Source: Balamuthia mandrillaris
Lineage: Eukaryota
Direction of reading: 5' to 3'
Assembly (NCBI GenBank): GCA_031835245.2
Contig: JAVKOQ020000023.1
Span: 310,001 to 349,517, forward strand
DNA length: 39,517 bases
A program made the translations under genes and the position numbers. The first letter of the stretch is position 1, and each line of letters starts with the position of its first letter. Positions 33,450 through 39,517 of this stretch are shown here, in pieces. Below the pieces are notes generated by a model. The model made no database searches. It was not told where the DNA came from and saw nothing but the letters and a program-made list of their open reading frames with translations.

Positions 33450-34015
33450 AAACAAGTAAATTGTAGACACAAACACAAACACAAACGACAAATGTTGGAA
33501 ACAAAAGAAACATGAAGTTAGTAAGTCTAGTCTGATGGATGAATGAAGATATAGATAATAATAAAGAATGAGAACTATTTGGAGACTTGTTTTTGTTTTT
33601 CCTTTCCTTTCCTTTCTTGATTGTTTCTTTCTTTCTTTCTTGTCGTTTCTTTCTTTCTTTCTTTCTCCCTTTTTACATCTAGCAGTAGTAGGAGATTCAT
33701 TTTTATAATTGCCTTTTCATTCTTTGTTTGTTTACATTTCTTGTTGTCTGTCTATTAGTATTATTATTTGCAACAATACTAACTACTGTTTTTGCTTGTT
33801 TGTCATGTCACTCACTCCTTTACTCACCATGCTATGCTTAACAACTCTTACCATCACCATCATCACTACTCTACCATCCATCCATCCATCTATCCATCCA
33901 TCCATCCATTGTTTAACCAGTATTATTACCACCAACCAACCAACCAATCAACCAACTAACTCAAGCTTTCTCTCAAACAACCAAACTAATATAACTAACT
34001 AAAAAGAGAAAGAGA

Positions 34016-34408
34016 TCACCTGCCTGAGTTACGGCGTTGTGAACGAGTTGTGGCTCCTTTTCTGCTGCTGCTGCTGCTACTGCTAGATGAGGCAGCCACG
34101 GCAGCAGCAGCTCTTTGCAAAGATGATTTGGCAACAGCAGTAGCAATAGCCTTTTGAGCAGCAGCTGCAGCCTTGCGTGTAGATTTGCTGCTAGGGCTCT
34201 TGGTAGCACTTGTCTTTTCCTCTTCTTTCTGTTTTTCTGCTTTTTTTTCGCCAGCTTCTGCTTCTGCTGCTTTTGGTTCTTCTTTTTCTTTTTCTTTTTC
34301 TTTTTCTTCTTCTTCTTCTTTTTCTTCCTCTTCTTCCTCATCTTCATTTTGTGCTGCTGCTGCTGCTGCTTGTTTTGCTGGGTCATTAGCAGGTTTTTTT
34401 GATACTAG

Positions 34409-34455
<47 letters not shown>

Positions 34456-36119
34456 AAATCAGTAAGGCTTGAATGAGAAATCACAAAGGCATAACAGTGT
34501 AAACAAACACCAAAAAGATAGCGCTCCGCTGGAGCGCTAAACAATTAACACCAAAAAGGCAACCAACAAAAAAACAAATAATAATAAGAACAAAACTGGA
34601 GCTAAAAAGCTGCCGCTCCGACGGAGCGCCACTGCATAAGCATAGAATTGCAACTGAAAAGCCCAAAAACAAAAAAAAAAACACCACGAGGAAGAGAACA
34701 ACCAAACAAACAAACAAACAAACAAATAAACATCAAACAAACAAACAGAAAACCAGTAAACCAACAAAACAAAGACAAAACACAAAGCTAGTAGAAAAAC
34801 TGATGGACGAATGGACAGACAGACGGACAGATAGAGAACCAAACTCGAATAGACACATAAAATAAAAATACATACATTCTAACACGTCTATCAGTATGGA
34901 ATCATCAATCTCTTTATCCACCATTGCACCTGTTGAAGGAGCTGTCTTGTTGGGGATATCTGACTTTGTTTTGCTATCTCCAGCACCATCACGTGTATCT
35001 GCATGCATGCATGCATGCATGCAAGTGTGGTTAATGCATATGTGAGTTGTTGTAAGTAACACCAAACGTGAGCGCCTCTTACCTGCTACATTAGTGATAT
35101 CAAGGCTCATGAGACTGGCCATCTCATCATCATCATCATCATCTGAGGAGCTGCTGCTGCTGCTGATGCTAGGAGCAGTAGACTTGGTGGAAGTTGCAGG
35201 CTTCTCTGTCCTCTTGGGTTCTTCCTCTTCCTCTTCCTCCTCTTCCTCTGACTTGCCTGACTCTACTGACTTATCTGATGCCTCTGACTCAGATGAGGTC
35301 TCTAACTCCTCCGACTTATCTGATGCCTCTGATGCGGATGAGGCCTCGGACTCCTCTGACTCGGTGGCCATAGTCTTCTTTTGTTTCTTTTTCTGCTGTT
35401 GTTTCTGCTTCTCCTTCTCTTGTTCCTTTTCCTTCTCTTTCTTTTTCTGCTGCTGTTGCTTCTGCTTTTGCTTCTCCTTTTCCTTCTCCTTCTTCTTTTT
35501 CTGCTGCTGTTGCTTTTGCTTCTGCTTCTCCTTGTCCTTCTGTGTCTGCTTCTGCTGCTGCTTTTTTTTCTTTTTTTTCAACAATAGTTGATCATCATCT
35601 GCCTTCCGTGGCTTCTTGCTTGTCACAGGAGAGGAAGAGGCAGCAGAGGAAGACATAGCTCTTGGGCGCTTTGTTGAGCTTGGTTTTTGCTGCGCTGTTT
35701 CTGCTGTTGCTGCTAGGTCCATTGTGTCTGCGAACACACCAGCTGAGGTAGCATTTCCACTATCATCACCGCCACCACCACCACCACCACCACCTCCACC
35801 CAGGATACTGCCATCATCGAGACTAAACTCCGCATCATCCAAACTACTCTGGTCTACAGCAGCAAAAGAGCGAAGGTCAGGCCCAAAAAACTCTGTCAAG
35901 TCAATACAGGGGCTGGCATCAACAGAGATATCTTGCTGCAGCTCACTGCTCTTCTGAGCCAGCTTGTCCATGGCTTTTTGGTGCCTAACAGAATGGTGTT
36001 TAGCACGATGCTTTTCCCTCTTCATTTCTGTATTGCCGACTTGGGTAGAGGTGGTATGGATAGGCTGCCATGTTTTGTTATCCAATTGATCCACATATTG
36101 TAAATCCCTGGAGAATGAC

Positions 36120-36176
<57 letters not shown>

Positions 36177-39100
36177 AAAAGAAAGAGAGAAAGAAAGAGA
36201 AACAAAGAAAAAGAAAAAGAGAGAGAAAGAAAGAGAAAATGTTAAAAGGAAAGTAAGTGGGAGGAGGTTGGTAGTGAGTGGTGAGTTGTTCCTTTCCTAT
36301 GAAACAAACAAACAAACAAACAAACAAACAAACAAACAAACAAACAAACAAACAAATAAACAAACAACTTACCAATCAGCCGCGAGTGGTGATATAGCAT
36401 CCAGCTCAGGCAAGTCCTTTACATGCACAATAGCAGCTGCATTGTATAACGGGTCTGCTGGCATGTTTGCGGTAGCAGAGCTGCTGCTAGCTTTACTCTT
36501 GTTCTTGCTTTTGCTGCTGCTGCTGCTGCTGTTGCTGCTTTTGCTTTTGCTTTTGCTTTGCCGTCGCTCAGGTTTCCTGGATTTTTCCAGTGTGATGTGC
36601 GGCCACACTCGCTCCAGTTGAGAACGAACCGGATGACGAATGCGTGTCTTCCAGAGCTTTCTATCCAAAGGATCCAACTCCAGTGGAGTATTATGTTGTT
36701 GCGCTTCCTTCACCAAGCAGCGACGAACAGCAAGCATCAACCGCTTGACATCCTCCAAAGGTCCAGAAAGGTTGATGCTGGTAGAAATGCGCATGCCTTT
36801 CAAGGATTTCAGACTGGCAAAGTTCAACGCGTTCTCTGCCAAGGCTTCTTGCACCGTAAAAGGAGGACAATAATGGGTTAGCTTCATACGGTATTGGAAC
36901 AACTTTTCCTTGGCAGAATACTGCTTCTCTACCATTGCTTCCATTCGGGCTGCCTGCTCTAATTGCTGGCGGTCCAATGGGGGATGTAAGAAGGCTTCTG
37001 GATCTTCCTCCATCACTACTGCTTCTTGTTGTTGTTGTTGTTGTTGTTGTTGTTGCTCTTCACCTTTTTCCTCTTCTTCTTCCTCCTCCTCTTCTCCTCC
37101 TTCTGATATCATCTCTTGTTGCACTTTGGTTCGATGACTGCTGGTTGTTGGCTTTGAGGGGATAGATGACATTAGGGCATCTGCCAAAGATGACTCGTTC
37201 AACCATTCTTGGCGCAGCGGTGGCAAACGGGTATTCTCCTCGTGTGTTGCGCTATCACTATGAGCAAGCACGCAAGGGGGCGAGTCAGTGAGTAAACAAG
37301 CAAAGGGAATATAGAGAGGCGGCAAGGATAACATGTCTTGCATTGCATGCAAGCAAGCAACCAAGCAAAAGAGAAGCAACATACTGGATAGTTTTGGCCC
37401 GTAATAACATAAAAAGTTTCTGCAGGCCAAGAGGGAGTTGTCTATATACTAACAACAGTTCTTCCCGGGTGAAGGAACCCTGAAAAACGCGTCCTTTGCG
37501 GTTGCGCCGTTCATCCGAGGAGGGCACCTCCTTCAGAATGCTATACACTGCAGCGTTAATGAGGTTACGGATCCAACTTCCAGTTGGTGTCTCATAAAAC
37601 CTGCTGCTGCTGCTGCTGCTGCTGCTACTGCTAGATTGGGAGGAAGTAGCATCCAACAGTTGTTGTTGTTGCGATGAATCCATCGGCGGCAAGACTTCTT
37701 TGCCACGATCAAGACCAAGAGCGGCTTGATGCAACACATCCCAATGACCTTTGCGAATGGATTGCGCCAGCCACTTCCACTGTGGATTTTCCAGACCGTT
37801 GACGATCCAAGGTCCTTCAACGATGCTGCCATGGCAGCGTAAGCCATTGGCCACGATATCACCCAATTCCTGGATGATTCCCTCGTTCTGGGCCTGCAGC
37901 CATCCAAAGTGAGCAAGAGAGAGTTAGTACTTTCCTTCCAACCACTAATTGAACAACCAAGCAACCAACCCAAACAAACAAACAAACAAACAAACAAACA
38001 AACAAACAAACAAACAAACAAACAAACAAACAAACAAATAGATAATGATAAACGGACGGACCTTTCGTCTACAAAACCTCAGAAAGGTTTTGCTTTGCTC
38101 TGTATTTACTTCAGACGGAGGGCTGACCACCATGGGAATGTAATAATAAAACACCAACTGCTTCTGGATGGCTGGAGCCAAGGGGTGCAGCAGACGAAAG
38201 TCGGTTTTCGAAATGAGACCCCGGTTCTCTGCTGCCAGTTGGGAAATAACATCGATGGACATATGCTCCACCAGGGAGAGATCTTGTCGAAAAGCGTTGA
38301 GTGTAAAGGATTTCGCATGAGCTGCTGGCAAATCCTGTTTGGTGAGCACAAAATAGGAGAGCGTCTCCCGTGGAGGTAGGCTTTTCTTTGATTTGGCCTC
38401 ATCGAAAATATGTTCTGCAGCAGCAAGTGCCACTTTCAAGGCCCTGTTACTTTGAATCTGATCCATTGCACTGACAATGCAACACAACACATACACATAG
38501 CAGTAAGTTGAGAGGTCGTTAGGTCAGATAACCAAGGGCCAGCCAAATAAAACAAACAAACAAACAAATAAACAAACAAACAAACAAATAAACAAACAAA
38601 CAAAAAGAAGAACATACTCAGTTTTTGATAGTTGCACGGCATTGGCCAGTTTCAGCAACGTGTCTGCAAATGACCATTCTCGGGGCTTCACTTTGGTGTT
38701 GGGATCTTTCACCATGGACACAATCTGATGCACTGGCAGTGATAGAAGATGAATAATATTAAAAAATCTACCGTAGATGGGCATGACGGGTGATAACCAT
38801 GCGCCATTCTCGCCGGCGAGGTGATAGCGCCGTACTACATCGCTAGCCGAACGATACACCACGTTAAGATCGCTGTCCGACAACTTTGCCGCCACCCTCT
38901 GCTGCTGAGGAGAAGAGGCAGCAACAGCTGATGAAGAGGCAGAGGGGGGGCTAGTCGGCGAGGCAGCTACAATGGCTGTGGTTCTCAGTGAGTTGACGGA
39001 GGAGCGAGAGAATGCCAATTGATGTCCCACCGTATACATTGAGCTCTTTCGCGACATTTAAGGTAGGGTTGCCGGAAGCAGCAAAGAAGAGGTGGGAGAA

Positions 39101-39500
39101 GCGATGCTGAACTTGCTGCCACCGCTGCTGCTGCATTGACTGCTGTTTGCTTTGCCTTTAGCAAGGCTTGCAGTGTGGCTAAGCGAGTGTTACCGCTCAA
39201 GACACCTATCCTGAGATGTACTCTCCAAGGGTCTGGTTGGTTGGGTGTTGGTTGGTTGATTGGTCGGCTGTAGGTAGAAAGAAAAACAAAGAGGCTCAGT
39301 TACACACAAGGAAACCAAAAAATAAAGCAAAAACCCCAACAGCAATAACCATAATAAATAACAATGAATGATGGACAAAAGGAAAAGAGAAAAGAGAGAT
39401 AAAGGGTTAAAAAGAACGCACGATTGCCGGGGTTAAATTTGCTGAGGATCTCAGCCTCGGCCTCTGGGCTACCAATAGCAGCCACTGGAAACATACAAGC
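34016..39500 (-). CDS. Large multi-exon protein of unknown function with a low-complexity charged C-terminus; 5' end probably outside the window
   Basis: Co-oriented protein-like ORF segments (about 39500-39420, 39160-38620, 38545-38062, 37905-37430, 37270-36372, 36110-35083, 34990-34885, 34405-34016) are separated by (TTTG)n/(CT)n introns. The last exon ends ..RSQRRNSGR*. No domain was recognised, and this could be more than one gene. Confidence 0.6.
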
Positions 39501-39517
39501 CTTAAGTTACAATGCAA

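Larger units (their letters stand above)
28972..39517 (-). mobile_element. Putative large tyrosine-recombinase DNA element (Crypton-like or novel); right end outside the window or undetermined
   Basis: The sequence interrupts a retrotransposon ORF. The YR/Myb stop codon lies about 150 bp from the junction. The microsatellite spectrum differs from the host region. Including the 34-39.5 kb gene in the element is an inference. Confidence 0.5.

Noticed and set aside
32068..33451. Poly-K, poly-E, poly-C and poly-F ORFs overlapping the recombinase
   Set aside because: They are antisense or alternative-frame shadows of trinucleotide repeats. The same applies at 2171-3205, 25092-25344, 34154-34472 and 35094-35957.
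35240..35560. Spaced repeats resembling an array
   Set aside because: These are coding low-complexity repeats (SEASDKS x2; KEKEKQKQQQQ x3). There is no constant repeat with unique spacers, so this is not CRISPR.
1..39517. rRNA, tRNA or CRISPR loci
   Set aside because: None were recognised by eye. A covariance-model scan would be needed to exclude small ncRNAs.

Overview
This is eukaryotic, intron-rich DNA full of microsatellites. The gene content and intron style suggest a free-living amoebozoan protist, which is an inference. The left part (1-26.3 kb) is a compact host gene array: a Rab C-terminus, a TMEM70-like gene, a Deltex-type WWE/RING E3 ligase, a CYP86-clan P450, a DENN+LIM protein, a Rab+FYVE protein, a small Tim chaperone, a large Bro-N-like/dynamin-like GTPase/pseudo-OTU protein and an F-box/histone-fold protein. 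A PIF/Harbinger element interrupts this array. It has divergent Myb and DDE transposase genes, and its left end is replaced by a 122-bp fold-back duplication. The right part (26.3-39.5 kb) is mobile or subtelomere-like. A CpG-depleted, AT-rich stretch with (TTAGGG)2 is followed by an LTR retrotransposon (LTR-gag-protease). That element is cut off inside the protease at a second (TTAGGG)2/G-quadruplex motif. Beyond the junction lies a spliced tyrosine recombinase with an intact R-K-HxxR-W-Y set, which can be spliced in frame to a telobox-like Myb domain, followed by a large unknown multi-exon gene. The best novelty candidate is a tyrosine-recombinase DNA element whose recombinase carries a telomere-repeat-binding-type Myb domain and whose edge sits at TTAGGG repeats. 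All domain calls and exon boundaries were made by eye; no searches were run.
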